Shown in pieces: positions 37,640-47,203 of a stretch of DNA of 64,000 bases. Origin of the DNA: Thermoanaerobaculia bacterium (GTDB lineage Bacteria; Acidobacteriota; Thermoanaerobaculia; Multivoradales; Multivoraceae); contig OY762911.1 of assembly GCA_963666565.1 (NCBI GenBank), positions 4,448,001-4,512,000 on the forward strand, written 5' to 3'. A program made the translations under genes and the position numbers. Under the pieces are notes generated by a model. The model had not been told where the DNA came from and searched no databases. It worked only from the letters and a program-made list of their open reading frames with translations. How positions within the stretch are numbered: the first letter of the stretch is position 1; each line of letters opens with the position of its first letter.

Positions 37640-39220
37640 ATGGCGATCGACACAGCACTGCAGGAACGACTCATGGCCGCCGCGCCCTACGGCATGGGCG
37701 TCTCGGTACATGCGGACGTGGCGCCCGACCGGATGGCCGTGCTGTCGAAGTTCGGCGGCCGAACGCTCGGCGAACTGAACGCCAACGCCAACCGCCTGGC
37801 CCGCGTGCTGCGGGCGCACGGCGTCGGTCCCGACGTCGGCGTCGCCCTGCTGTGCCGGAACCGGCCCGAGTTCGTCGAGACGATCGCCGCCTGCCAGCGC
37901 TGCGGCGGCCGCATGACGCCGATCAACTGGCACCTCTCGCCCCCCGAGGTCGCCTACATCGTCGACAACTGCGAGGCCCTGGTGCTGATCGCCGACGAGG
38001 CCTTCGCCCCGGCCGTCGCCGCGGCCCAGACCGCGTCGGGCCGCCTGCGCCTGACCCTGGCGGTCGGCGGCGAAATCGAGGGCGCCGAGGCCTACGCCGA
38101 CGCGCTGGCTGCCGAAGACGGCTCGAACATCGAAGACCCGATCCTCGGCGCCCCCATGCTCTACACCTCCGGCACCACGGGCCACCCCAAGGGCGTCTAC
38201 CGCAAGGCCGACGCAACGCCGACTCCGTTCCTGCTGGCTGTCCGCGAGTCGGGCGACTTCGAGCCGGACACGGACTGCTCGCTCGTCACCGGGCCGCTCT
38301 ACCACGCCGCCCCGCTGGGCCTGAACCTGGCGATGCCGATGGGCGCCGGCGTCGGCTCGGTGCTGATGGACAAGTGGGATGCGGAGGAAACGCTCGCCCT
38401 GATCGACCGCCACCGCGTCACCCACACCCACATGGTGGCGACCATGTTCCACCGCATGCTGGCGCTGCCGCGGGAGGTCAGGGACCGCTACGACGTCTCG
38501 TCCATGCGCTGGCTGTGCCACGGCGCCGCGCCGACGCCGGTCCACGTCAAGCACAAGATCATCGAGTGGTTCGGCCCGGTCGTCTGGGAGTACTACGCCG
38601 CCACCGAGGGCGGCACCTTCTTCATCGACTCGGAGGACTGGCTCACGAAGCCCGGCAGCGTCGGCCGCACAGTCGAGGGAACGAAGTACAAGGTGCTCGA
38701 CGACGACGGCGAACCGGTGCCGGCGGGAACCACGGGCACCGTCTACTTCCAGGCCGCGGAGAACCGTTTCGAGTACTTCAAGGCGCCCGACAAGACCGAC
38801 GCGGCGTACCGCGACGACTACTTCACGATGGGCGACATGGGCTACGTCGACGAGGACGGCTACCTGTTCCTGACCGGCCGCTCGGCGGAAACGATCATCG
38901 CCGGCGGCGTCAACATCTATCCCCAGGAGATCGACGACGTGCTGCAGCAGCATCCCGCGGTCTACGAGGTCTGCACCGTCGGCGTGCCCCACGAGGAGTG
39001 GGGCGAAAGCGTCAAGTCCGTGGTCGAGGTCGACGAGGGTTACGAAGCCGGCGACGACCTGGCCGAGGAACTCCTCGCCTGGTGCCGCGAGAACCTGCCC
39101 GACTTCAAGCGCCCGCGCTCCATTGACTTCGCCACCGACCTCCCGAGGATGCCCACCGGCAAGATCCAGCGCGGTCTGGTGCGGGCGCCGTACTGGAAGG
39201 GCCGCGAGCGACAGATCTGA
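37640..39220 (+). CDS. Acyl-CoA synthetase (AMP-binding)
   Basis: YTSGTTGHPKG, YYAATE, GDMG and PTGK motifs. Confidence 0.93.
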   Translation: MAIDTALQERLMAAAPYGMGVSVHADVAPDRMAVLSKFGGRTLGELNANANRLARVLRAHGVGPDVGVALLCRNRPEFVETIAACQRCGGRMTPINWHLSPPEVAYIVDNCEALVLIADEAFAPAVAAAQTASGRLRLTLAVGGEIEGAEAYADALAAEDGSNIEDPILGAPMLYTSGTTGHPKGVYRKADATPTPFLLAVRESGDFEPDTDCSLVTGPLYHAAPLGLNLAMPMGAGVGSVLMDKWDAEETLALIDRHRVTHTHMVATMFHRMLALPREVRDRYDVSSMRWLCHGAAPTPVHVKHKIIEWFGPVVWEYYAATEGGTFFIDSEDWLTKPGSVGRTVEGTKYKVLDDDGEPVPAGTTGTVYFQAAENRFEYFKAPDKTDAAYRDDYFTMGDMGYVDEDGYLFLTGRSAETIIAGGVNIYPQEIDDVLQQHPAVYEVCTVGVPHEEWGESVKSVVEVDEGYEAGDDLAEELLAWCRENLPDFKRPRSIDFATDLPRMPTGKIQRGLVRAPYWKGRERQI

Positions 39221-39255
39221 CAGCCAGCTTCCCCAACTACATCTCAGAGGCAACC

Positions 39256-40230
39256 ATGAAGGCAGTTGTATGCAGCGCGTTCGGTCCCCCGGAGAACCTG
39301 ACGATCGAGGAGCTTCCCGATCCGGTCCCGGGGCCAGGCGAGGTCGTCGTCGACATCCGGGCGGCGGCGATCACCTGGCCCGACACGCTGATCATCGAGA
39401 ACCGGTACCAGTTCCGGGGAGAGCCGCCCTTCACGGTTGGCGGCGAGGTGGGCGGCACGATCGCGGCCGTGGGCCCGGATGTGGAAGGCCTTGCCGTAGG
39501 CGACGACGTGGTGGGCGGCGGCGGCACCGGCGGCTTCGCCGAGCAGGTGCTGCTCAAGGCGCCGCAGGTGCGCAAGCTGCCGCCGGGTCTCGGCCACGCG
39601 GAGGCCACGGGATACGGCTACGCCTACGGCACGGGCCACTACGCGCTGAAGTACCGGGGCGATCTGAAGCCCGGCGAGACGCTACTGGTGCTCGGCGCGG
39701 CCGGCGGGGTGGGCCTTGCCGCGCTCGAACTCGGCAAGGTGATGGGCGCGCGGGTGATCGCCGCCGCCTCGAGCGAGGAGAAGCTGGCGCTCTGCCGCGA
39801 ACGCGGCGCCGACGAGACGATCAACTACTCCGAAGAGGACCTGAAGAACCGGGCCAAGGAGCTGACGGGCGGCAAGGGAGTGGACGTCGTCTACGACGCA
39901 GTCGGCGGCGAGTACGCCGAGGCGGCGCTGCGGGCCACGAACTGGCGCGGCCGGTTCCTGGTCATCGGCTTCACCGCCGGCATCCCGCGCATGCCGCTCA
40001 ACCTGACGCTGCTCAAGGGCTGCGACGTCCTCGGCGTGTTCTGGGGGGCGTCGAGGATGCGCGAGCCGGCGATCTTCGAGGCGACGCGGGTGGAGACGGA
40101 GGCGCTGGCCGCTGAGGGCAAGATCCAGCCATACATCTCGCGGCGCTATCCGCTGGCAGAGGTGCCGCGGGCGCTGCGCGACATGATGGACCGGAAGATC
40201 GTCGGCAAGATGGTCATGCAGCGCGACTAG
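39256..40230 (+). CDS. NADPH:quinone oxidoreductase (MDR family)
   Basis: GAAGGVG and GVDVVYD motifs; no Zn ligands. Confidence 0.92.
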   Translation: MKAVVCSAFGPPENLTIEELPDPVPGPGEVVVDIRAAAITWPDTLIIENRYQFRGEPPFTVGGEVGGTIAAVGPDVEGLAVGDDVVGGGGTGGFAEQVLLKAPQVRKLPPGLGHAEATGYGYAYGTGHYALKYRGDLKPGETLLVLGAAGGVGLAALELGKVMGARVIAAASSEEKLALCRERGADETINYSEEDLKNRAKELTGGKGVDVVYDAVGGEYAEAALRATNWRGRFLVIGFTAGIPRMPLNLTLLKGCDVLGVFWGASRMREPAIFEATRVETEALAAEGKIQPYISRRYPLAEVPRALRDMMDRKIVGKMVMQRD

Positions 40231-40252
40231 AGGCGCCAGAGGAGATCGGAAG

Positions 40253-41179
40253 ATGAAGTTCGGAGCACAGGTCACCGTCTACCGCAACACATGGGACAGC
40301 GTCCGGGAGGTCGCCGAGCTGCTCGACCGGGGCCCGTGGGACAGCATCTGGTACGCCGACCACTACCTGCCGCCCCCGGGGATCAAGGAAGAGGAACACC
40401 TCGCGGCGCAGGAGGCCTTCACGGTCGCGGCGGCGACCGCCAGCATCACGAAGAACCTGAAGATCGGCCACCTGGTTCTCGGCAACACCTACCGGAATCC
40501 CGGCCTGGTCGCCAAGATGGCGGGCACCCTGGACCACATCTCCCACGGCCGCTTCGTGCTCGGCATCGGCGCCGCGTGGTTCCAGCGGGAGCACGAAGCC
40601 TACGGCTGGACGTTCCCCTCGATGAAGGAGCGCCAAGACCGCTTCGAGGAGGCGGTCGAACTGATCCGGGCGCTCTTCCGGTCGAGCGAAGCCGTCGACT
40701 TCCAGGGCGAGTACTACCGGCTCGACTCGGCGCCGCTGTCGCCCGGCTGCTACGCCGACCCGATCCCGATCCTGATCGGCGGCACCGGCGAGAAGCGGAC
40801 GCTGCGCACCCTGGCCCGCCACGGCGACGTGATGAACCTGGACGGCTGGGCCCGCGGGCCGATGACCCGCGAGTACTTCCGGCACAAGGTTTCGGTGATC
40901 GAGCGGCACTGCGAAGACGCGGGCCGCGATCCCGGCGAGATCCGGCACACCGTGCTGATGCCGACCTTCGTGACCGACGACGAGGCGGCCGCCCGGCGCT
41001 TCATCGACGCCCGCGGCCTCGGCGAAGGCACGGCGGCCGGCCCGAAGAGCTACGTCATCGACCGGATCGGGGAGATGATCGACGCCGGCGCCCACGAGAT
41101 CATGATCGGCGGCATCCCGACGCACCGTCTCGACCACTACCGACTCGTGGCCGAAGAGATCATCCCGGCGTTCGACTGA
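40253..41179 (+). CDS. LLM class (possibly F420-dependent) oxidoreductase
   Basis: YADHY, GNTYRNP, TLDHISHGR.VLGIGA and IGGTGEK motifs. Confidence 0.9.
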   Translation: MKFGAQVTVYRNTWDSVREVAELLDRGPWDSIWYADHYLPPPGIKEEEHLAAQEAFTVAAATASITKNLKIGHLVLGNTYRNPGLVAKMAGTLDHISHGRFVLGIGAAWFQREHEAYGWTFPSMKERQDRFEEAVELIRALFRSSEAVDFQGEYYRLDSAPLSPGCYADPIPILIGGTGEKRTLRTLARHGDVMNLDGWARGPMTREYFRHKVSVIERHCEDAGRDPGEIRHTVLMPTFVTDDEAAARRFIDARGLGEGTAAGPKSYVIDRIGEMIDAGAHEIMIGGIPTHRLDHYRLVAEEIIPAFD

Positions 41180-41184
41180 GGCGG

Positions 41185-43233
41185 ATGTCCGGCGAGGCTC
41201 AGCCGGCACCCGTGGCGGCGCTCCTTGGCGCCGCACTTCTGCTGCTGGGCGTCGCCCAGATTCGGGCACAGGACACGGACTGGCCGACGATCACCGGCGG
41301 CAACGATGCTCGCCGCTACGCCGCGCTCGACCGGATCGACGCCTCCAACTTCGCGCGCCTCGAACCGGCCTGGCGCTGGGAACTGCCCGACAACGACCTG
41401 ATGGCGAACGACCCGCGCTTCGAAGACGGGTCGATGAAGCAGCGCACCCACGTCACGACGCCGATCAAGGTCGGCGACCGGCTCTACGTCGTCACGGGCT
41501 ACGGCATCGCCGTCGCCGTCGATCCGGCAACCGGCGCCACGGTCTGGCAGCACGATCCGCAGAGCTACGGCCACGGCCGACCCACGAACCACGGCTTCAC
41601 CCACAAGGGTCCGAGCCTCTGGCGCGACCCGGAGCGTCCGGACGCGCCGGGCCGGCTCATCTACGCCAGCACGGACGCCATCCTGCGCGCCGTCTACGCC
41701 GACGAAGGCACGCCGGTGCGCTCCTTCGGCAACCACGGCGGCGTCGATCTCACCGAGGGGCTGCACCGGGCCGTGGAACGCCGCAAGTACACCGTCAGTT
41801 CCCCGACGACCATCTGCCGCAATGTCGCGATCGTCGGCTCGTCCATCTCGGACGGTCCGCTGGGACCCGACGACGGCCCGCCGGGCGACGTGCGCGGCTT
41901 CGACGTCCGCACCGGCCGGCAACTCTGGACGTTCCACACCGTGCCCCAGGAAGGCGAGCACGGCACGGACACCTGGGAGGACGAGTCCTGGCGCATCGCC
42001 GGCGGCGCGAACGTCTGGGGCCTGATGAGCGCCGACGAGGAACTCGGGCTCGCCTACCTGCCGACCAGCACGCCGACGAACGACTGGTACGGCGGCCATC
42101 GCCGCGGCGACAACCTGTACGCGGAGAGCCTGGTCGCCGTCGACTGCGAGACGGGCGAGCGCCGCTGGCACTTCCAGGCGATCCACCACGGCCTCTGGGA
42201 CTACGACTTCGCCGCGCCGGCGGTGCTGGGCGACCTCGTCGTCGACGGTCGCACCGTCAAGGCGGCCATGCTGCCCGGCAAGCAGGCGTTCCTCTACGTC
42301 TTCGACCGGGAGACCGGAGAGCCCGTGTGGCCGATCGAGGAGCGGCAGGTCCCGCAGACGGGCATCCCCGGCGAGCGGACCTCGCCCACCCAGCCCTTCC
42401 CCACCAGACCGCCGCCGTTCGACCGCCAGGGCATGCAGCTCGCCGACGTGATCGACTTCACGACCGAGATCCGCGCCGAGGCGGAGCGCATCCTGACTTC
42501 GCGCCAGTACGGGCCGATCTACACGCCGCCCAGCGAGCGCGGCACCGTCGCCATGCCCGGCTTCGAGGGCGGCGCGAGCTGGCCCGGCGGCGCCTTCGAC
42601 CCGAACACGGGCAAGCTCTACGTGCCTTCTTTCACGGCGCCGATCCTGATCACCCTCCGGCGGCCCGACCCGAACCGCTCCTCCTTCGACTTCGTGGCAA
42701 GGGTGTCAGGCTTCCACGGCCCCTTCGACCTGCCGATCTCAAAGCCGCCGTACTCGCGGGTGACCGCCTACGACATGAGCCGCGGCGACATCGCGTGGCA
42801 GGTCCCGCTCGGCGAAGGCCCGCGACGCCACCCGAAGCTCGCCGACCTGGGCCTCCCGCTGCTGGGCTCGGGCGTCCGCGGCCACGCGCTCGTGACGAAG
42901 ACGCTGCTCATCGTGAGCTCCGGCCACTCGCGGTCCTTCCGCGCCCAGGAGGCGAAGGCCGAGCGTGAGTGGAACGAGCAGCCCGAGGAAGTCACCGGCG
43001 GCCTCGCCTGGACCGACCCCCGGTCGGCGGCGCGGGACGACTGGCGCTACACCGTGCCGATGCTGCGCGCCTTCGACAAGGCGACCGGCGAGCTCGTGGC
43101 CGAAGTCGAACTGCCGGCGCACTCCGACGGCAGCCCGATCACGTACCTGCACGGCGGCGCCCAGTACCTCGTCGTCTCCATCGGCGGCCGCGGTGAACCG
43201 TTCGAGTTGATCGCCTACCGGCTGCCGGGGTAA
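41185..43233 (+). CDS. PQQ-dependent dehydrogenase (glucose/quinate type)
   Basis: PGDVRGFDVRTG, GANVW, HHGLWDYD and SPTQPFP motifs. Confidence 0.92.
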   Translation: MSGEAQPAPVAALLGAALLLLGVAQIRAQDTDWPTITGGNDARRYAALDRIDASNFARLEPAWRWELPDNDLMANDPRFEDGSMKQRTHVTTPIKVGDRLYVVTGYGIAVAVDPATGATVWQHDPQSYGHGRPTNHGFTHKGPSLWRDPERPDAPGRLIYASTDAILRAVYADEGTPVRSFGNHGGVDLTEGLHRAVERRKYTVSSPTTICRNVAIVGSSISDGPLGPDDGPPGDVRGFDVRTGRQLWTFHTVPQEGEHGTDTWEDESWRIAGGANVWGLMSADEELGLAYLPTSTPTNDWYGGHRRGDNLYAESLVAVDCETGERRWHFQAIHHGLWDYDFAAPAVLGDLVVDGRTVKAAMLPGKQAFLYVFDRETGEPVWPIEERQVPQTGIPGERTSPTQPFPTRPPPFDRQGMQLADVIDFTTEIRAEAERILTSRQYGPIYTPPSERGTVAMPGFEGGASWPGGAFDPNTGKLYVPSFTAPILITLRRPDPNRSSFDFVARVSGFHGPFDLPISKPPYSRVTAYDMSRGDIAWQVPLGEGPRRHPKLADLGLPLLGSGVRGHALVTKTLLIVSSGHSRSFRAQEAKAEREWNEQPEEVTGGLAWTDPRSAARDDWRYTVPMLRAFDKATGELVAEVELPAHSDGSPITYLHGGAQYLVVSIGGRGEPFELIAYRLPG

Positions 43234-43448
43234 CCCGACTGCCGACCAGCTCCTCATCCGCGCCCGATGACGGGCGCGGGACCGTCCACGACGGCTGCGG
43301 ACCGCACCACGGGCTCTCGCCGGTTGCCACCCGGGAAGACTGCCTCTCGGTGGTAGCCTGCGCTTCAACGAGGCCGGCGCCCGCAGCTTCCTCCCCGAGC
43401 CTTAGGCGGACCGTCGGGCAACGGCCAGCACGGAGCGTAGCCAGCCTC

Positions 43449-44789
43449 ATGAGAGCCGCCCAAAGACCGCTCGCCAAAACGCAGCGAAGCCTCTTCCCGT
43501 CGCCCGATCCCGTTCCCGCCAACCGGCAACGCGGCCGAACGGCCAAACGCGAGGACAGCACGTCGGGCAGCTTCGTCGGCAACATGAGCCTCCCGGTCCA
43601 TCGGTGGTTCCGCTACAGCGCCGGCTTCAGCGGGGCCTGGGTTGGCGATTTGATCTCCCGGGAGGCAAGGGGAAAGAACCTGCGAGTCTTCGACCCCTTC
43701 GCGGGAAGCGGTACGACACTCGTCGCGGCCGAACACTGCGGCGTCGAGTCCATGGGAATCGACTCACATCCTTTCGTCGCGCGGGTCGCCCAGGCGAAAC
43801 TCGCATACAGATCGTCTCCCACGGCCTACGCTCGGCAAGCAGCGCGCGTGTTCGACGGCGCACTCGCGGACCGCGGCTCATTGGAGCCGTACTCGCCGCT
43901 GATTCGCAAGTGTTACTCCGACACCGCGCTCGACCAACTCGATCGTCTTCGGCGCTCGGTCGAGAGCCAGTGCGGCGATTCAGAAACGGACAGACTGGTC
44001 TGGCTCACCCTGATTTCCATCCTGCGATCGACCTCGCAGGTCGGTACCGCAAACTGGCAGTACCTGCTGCCGAACCGCCGGAAAGCTCGCGTGCTCGAGC
44101 CGTTCGCGGCCTTCAGGCAAATGAGCCGCGTCATCCATGACGATATGCGGCTGTACGAACACCTCTCGGCACCGCGCGCCAAGTTCCACCTCGACGACGC
44201 CCGGACTTGTGCCGAGGCGCCCAGAGACTGTTTCAACCTGGTCGTGACGTCGCCTCCCTACCCAAACAACTACGACTACGCCGACGCAACGCGTCTCGAA
44301 CTCGCCTTCCTCGGCGAGGTCCGTAGCTGGGGCGACCTGCAGGGAGCGATCCGGCGCCACCTCCTCCGGTCCTGCACGCAGCACGTTCCTAACAAGGCCG
44401 TCGATCTGCCCCGCGTCCTGGGTCATCCGAAACTCGCGCCAATCGGGGACGAACTCCGCGCGGTGTGCGACGAGCTCGGCGAGATCCGCCTCACACGCGG
44501 CGGCAAGAAGACCTACCACAACATGATCGCGTGCTACTTCCTGGATCTGGCTCGCGTCTGGATCGCTCTCCGGCGTGTGTGCAGATCACCGTCCAAGGTC
44601 TGCTTCGTGATCGGCGATTCCGCGCCATACGGCGTGTACGTTCCCGTCGTCGACTGGTTCACCAGATTGGCCGGTGCCGCCGGCTTCGAAGCCGCCACGT
44701 TCGAGAAGACCCGGGATCGCAACACGAAGTGGAAGAACCGCAAGCACCGGGTCCCTCTATGTGAAGGGCGTCTATGGGTGGAAGGCTAG
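43449..44789 (+). CDS. Site-specific DNA methyltransferase (SPPY, probable N4-cytosine, motif I before motif IV)
   Basis: PVHRWFRYSAGFS, DPFAGSGTT and VTSPPY motifs. Confidence 0.9.
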   Translation: MRAAQRPLAKTQRSLFPSPDPVPANRQRGRTAKREDSTSGSFVGNMSLPVHRWFRYSAGFSGAWVGDLISREARGKNLRVFDPFAGSGTTLVAAEHCGVESMGIDSHPFVARVAQAKLAYRSSPTAYARQAARVFDGALADRGSLEPYSPLIRKCYSDTALDQLDRLRRSVESQCGDSETDRLVWLTLISILRSTSQVGTANWQYLLPNRRKARVLEPFAAFRQMSRVIHDDMRLYEHLSAPRAKFHLDDARTCAEAPRDCFNLVVTSPPYPNNYDYADATRLELAFLGEVRSWGDLQGAIRRHLLRSCTQHVPNKAVDLPRVLGHPKLAPIGDELRAVCDELGEIRLTRGGKKTYHNMIACYFLDLARVWIALRRVCRSPSKVCFVIGDSAPYGVYVPVVDWFTRLAGAAGFEAATFEKTRDRNTKWKNRKHRVPLCEGRLWVEG

Positions 44790-44795
44790 AGGCTG

Positions 44796-45668
44796 GTGGC
44801 GCAGTCCCCCGCTCACCGGCTCGGCCAGATCGTCGGCGACCAACTCGAACTGGCACTTCGTAAGCCGCTCCAGGCGATGGCCGACGAGTTCGGCCTGTAC
44901 CTGGACTACAAGCACCCGCGACCCGCTCGGCGTGGAAGAAGGAAGGTCGCTTGGAGGGATTTGCACGGCAACGTTCACGATCTCGACTACGTGCTGGAGG
45001 AGGGTGGTTCCGAGGAGAAGATGGGCGAACCCGTCGCGTTCATCGAAACCGCATGGCGCAGGTACACCAAACACTCCCGAAACAAGGTGCAGGAGATTCA
45101 AGGCGCCATCATGCCCCTCGCAGAGACCTACGCGCGTCGGCAGCCGTTCTTGGGCGCCGTGCTCGCAGGCGACTTCACCGAAGGTTCCTTGACGCAACTT
45201 CAATCTCATCGCTTTCAACTGGCGCATTGCCCGTACGACACGATCGTGCAGGCCTTTGCCACGGAAGGCGCCGACATCTTGTCGGAGGAGAGCACCTCGG
45301 AGGAGGAACTCCAAGCCAAGGTCGAGGCGTTCAACCGGCTGACCCTGTCACAACGGGACAGAGTCGCGAGAGCGATTCGGAGGTTCCACGACGCGCAGTT
45401 CGGTGGCTTCCTTGGCGCGCTTCGCCGCAGTCTCGAACGGAGGGTGTCGGAGATCTTCGTGCGGACGCTCAGCGGTGCCTCGCGGAGCTTCCCGACGGTC
45501 CGCGACGCGATGCTCTTCGTCTCCGGGTACGACGAGAGCACACCCCAAACCGACTTCGTGCGCTACGAACTCAACGTTCGGCATACGAACGGCGACGAGG
45601 TGCGGGCAACCTTCCGCGACCGGGACCGCGTGATCGAGTTTCTCGAGTCCTTCGATCCGCGAACGTGA
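44796..45668 (+). CDS. Putative type II restriction endonuclease, PD-(D/E)XK-like
   Basis: 6 bp after the MTase; HDLDYVLE...FIETAWRRYTKH; composition atypical for the window. Confidence 0.7.
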   Translation: MAQSPAHRLGQIVGDQLELALRKPLQAMADEFGLYLDYKHPRPARRGRRKVAWRDLHGNVHDLDYVLEEGGSEEKMGEPVAFIETAWRRYTKHSRNKVQEIQGAIMPLAETYARRQPFLGAVLAGDFTEGSLTQLQSHRFQLAHCPYDTIVQAFATEGADILSEESTSEEELQAKVEAFNRLTLSQRDRVARAIRRFHDAQFGGFLGALRRSLERRVSEIFVRTLSGASRSFPTVRDAMLFVSGYDESTPQTDFVRYELNVRHTNGDEVRATFRDRDRVIEFLESFDPRT

Positions 45669-45675
45669 AGGTCGC

Positions 45676-46917
45676 CTACTCAGCCGGCCAGGGCGTGCCC
45701 AAGTCCTCGTGCGGCACCGGCCGCATTCCGAGGTTCACGAACTTCTGGAGCCGCTTCCCCTCGTAGGTCTCGGTCGTGTAGATGTTGCCCCTGGAGTCGG
45801 TGGCGATGCTGTGGACGGCGAAGAACTGGCCGGGCTGGCGGCCGCCGTCGCCGAAGGCGTAGAGGACCTCCATGCTCTCGCGGTCGATCACGTGGACCTT
45901 CATGTTCTGGCCGTCGGCGAGGTAGAGGAACTTCTGGTCCTCGTCGGGCGAGAACGCCACGTCCCAGGTCGAGCCCTGGGCCAGGGTCTCGGGAGCGATG
46001 AACGTCTCGCCCACGAAGGTGCCGTCGCGCTGGAAGACCTGGAGGCGGTCGGCGGCGCGGTCGCAGACGTAGAGCAGGCCGTCGGCCGAGATGTCGGCGC
46101 AGTGGACCGGGCCGCGGAACTGGGTCGCCGGGGGATCGCCGGGAACGTAGGGGCCGAGGTCCAGTTCGTCGTCCGGGGCTTCGCCGTATGCGCCCCAGTA
46201 GCGCTTGAACTCGCCGGTGTCGGCGTCGATCACGACCACCCGGCGGTTGAAGTAGCCGTCGGCGACGTAGATCTCGTTCGCCTCCGGGTCGACCGACAGC
46301 TTCGCCACGCTGCCGAAGTTTTCCATGTCGTGGCTGTTGCGCACCCGCCGCGGTTCGTCCTCGCCGGCATCTTCGTTGATGCGGGCGTTCGCCTTCCCCA
46401 CCTGCATCAGGAACTGGCCGTCCCGGGTGAACTTGACCACGTGGGAATCGCCGCCGCCGTTGCCACCGATCCACACGTTGTCCATGTGATCGACGAGGAT
46501 CCCGTGGTTCGATGCCGGCCACTCGAACTCGCCGTTCTCGCTGGGACCTCCCCAGTGTCCGACCAGGTTGCCGTCGGGATCGAATTCCAGCACCGGCGGG
46601 GCCGGGACGCAGCACTCGGAGAGCGGCGGATCCTGCGCAGCGCCGATCTCGTTGAAGGCGCCGAAGGCGTCCGGCGTGTTCCGGTGGACGATCCAGACGT
46701 GGTCGCGCGAGTCGACCGCGACGCCGATGGCCGGTCCGAGGATCCAGTGGTTCGGCAACGGCCTGGGCCAGAACGGATCGACCTCGAAGCGCGGCGCCAT
46801 CGGACCGTCGCCGGAGGCGTCGGCGGCATCGGAACCGCCGTCGCCGCCGCAGGCGCCGAGAAGCAGAACGATGGCTGCGGCGCAGCCGAGAGCACAGTGG
46901 AGACGGTTCAACTTCAT
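45676..46917 (-). CDS. NHL-repeat lipoprotein, PAL (peptidyl-alpha-hydroxyglycine lyase)-like
   Basis: Lipobox LGAC; VWIVHR, NHG, YVADGYFNRR, VHC, VCDR and VHSI motifs. Confidence 0.82.
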   Translation of the reverse strand: MKLNRLHCALGCAAAIVLLLGACGGDGGSDAADASGDGPMAPRFEVDPFWPRPLPNHWILGPAIGVAVDSRDHVWIVHRNTPDAFGAFNEIGAAQDPPLSECCVPAPPVLEFDPDGNLVGHWGGPSENGEFEWPASNHGILVDHMDNVWIGGNGGGDSHVVKFTRDGQFLMQVGKANARINEDAGEDEPRRVRNSHDMENFGSVAKLSVDPEANEIYVADGYFNRRVVVIDADTGEFKRYWGAYGEAPDDELDLGPYVPGDPPATQFRGPVHCADISADGLLYVCDRAADRLQVFQRDGTFVGETFIAPETLAQGSTWDVAFSPDEDQKFLYLADGQNMKVHVIDRESMEVLYAFGDGGRQPGQFFAVHSIATDSRGNIYTTETYEGKRLQKFVNLGMRPVPHEDLGTPWPAE

Positions 46918-47041
46918 CGTCTGCCTTCCCCCGTTTCGGAGTAGGTCGTTCGGCGCGGCCGTGCCGTGGAATCTGGCGCTGACAAGGCGTCCAGGCAGTG
47001 TACAACGGCGGCATCGAGGTCCGGCGGATGCGCCGTCCGCC

Positions 47042-47176
47042 GGGTACGCGGGTCTTCCGACCCGCATGCCGCCGCAGGCGGCGGAAACCGTCACCGGCCT
47101 TTGGCCGTCCGCTGTCCTCCTCGGCTGACGCCGCTTCGCGCCGTCGCCCGGAGCGGGTCAGAAGACCCGCGCAACC
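47042..47176. repeat. REPIN-like doublet
   Basis: GGGTACGCGGGTCTTCCGACCCGC and the inverse GCGGGTCAGAAGACCCGCGC. Confidence 0.8.
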
Positions 47177-47203
47177 AGTCCGGCGGCGGCTAGCATCTGT
47201 CCC

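Noticed and set aside
37052-39220. Apparent transposase / acyl-CoA synthetase overlap or fusion
   Set aside because: The synthetase starts at ATG 37640; the upstream extension is an off-frame read through the IS-like ORF.
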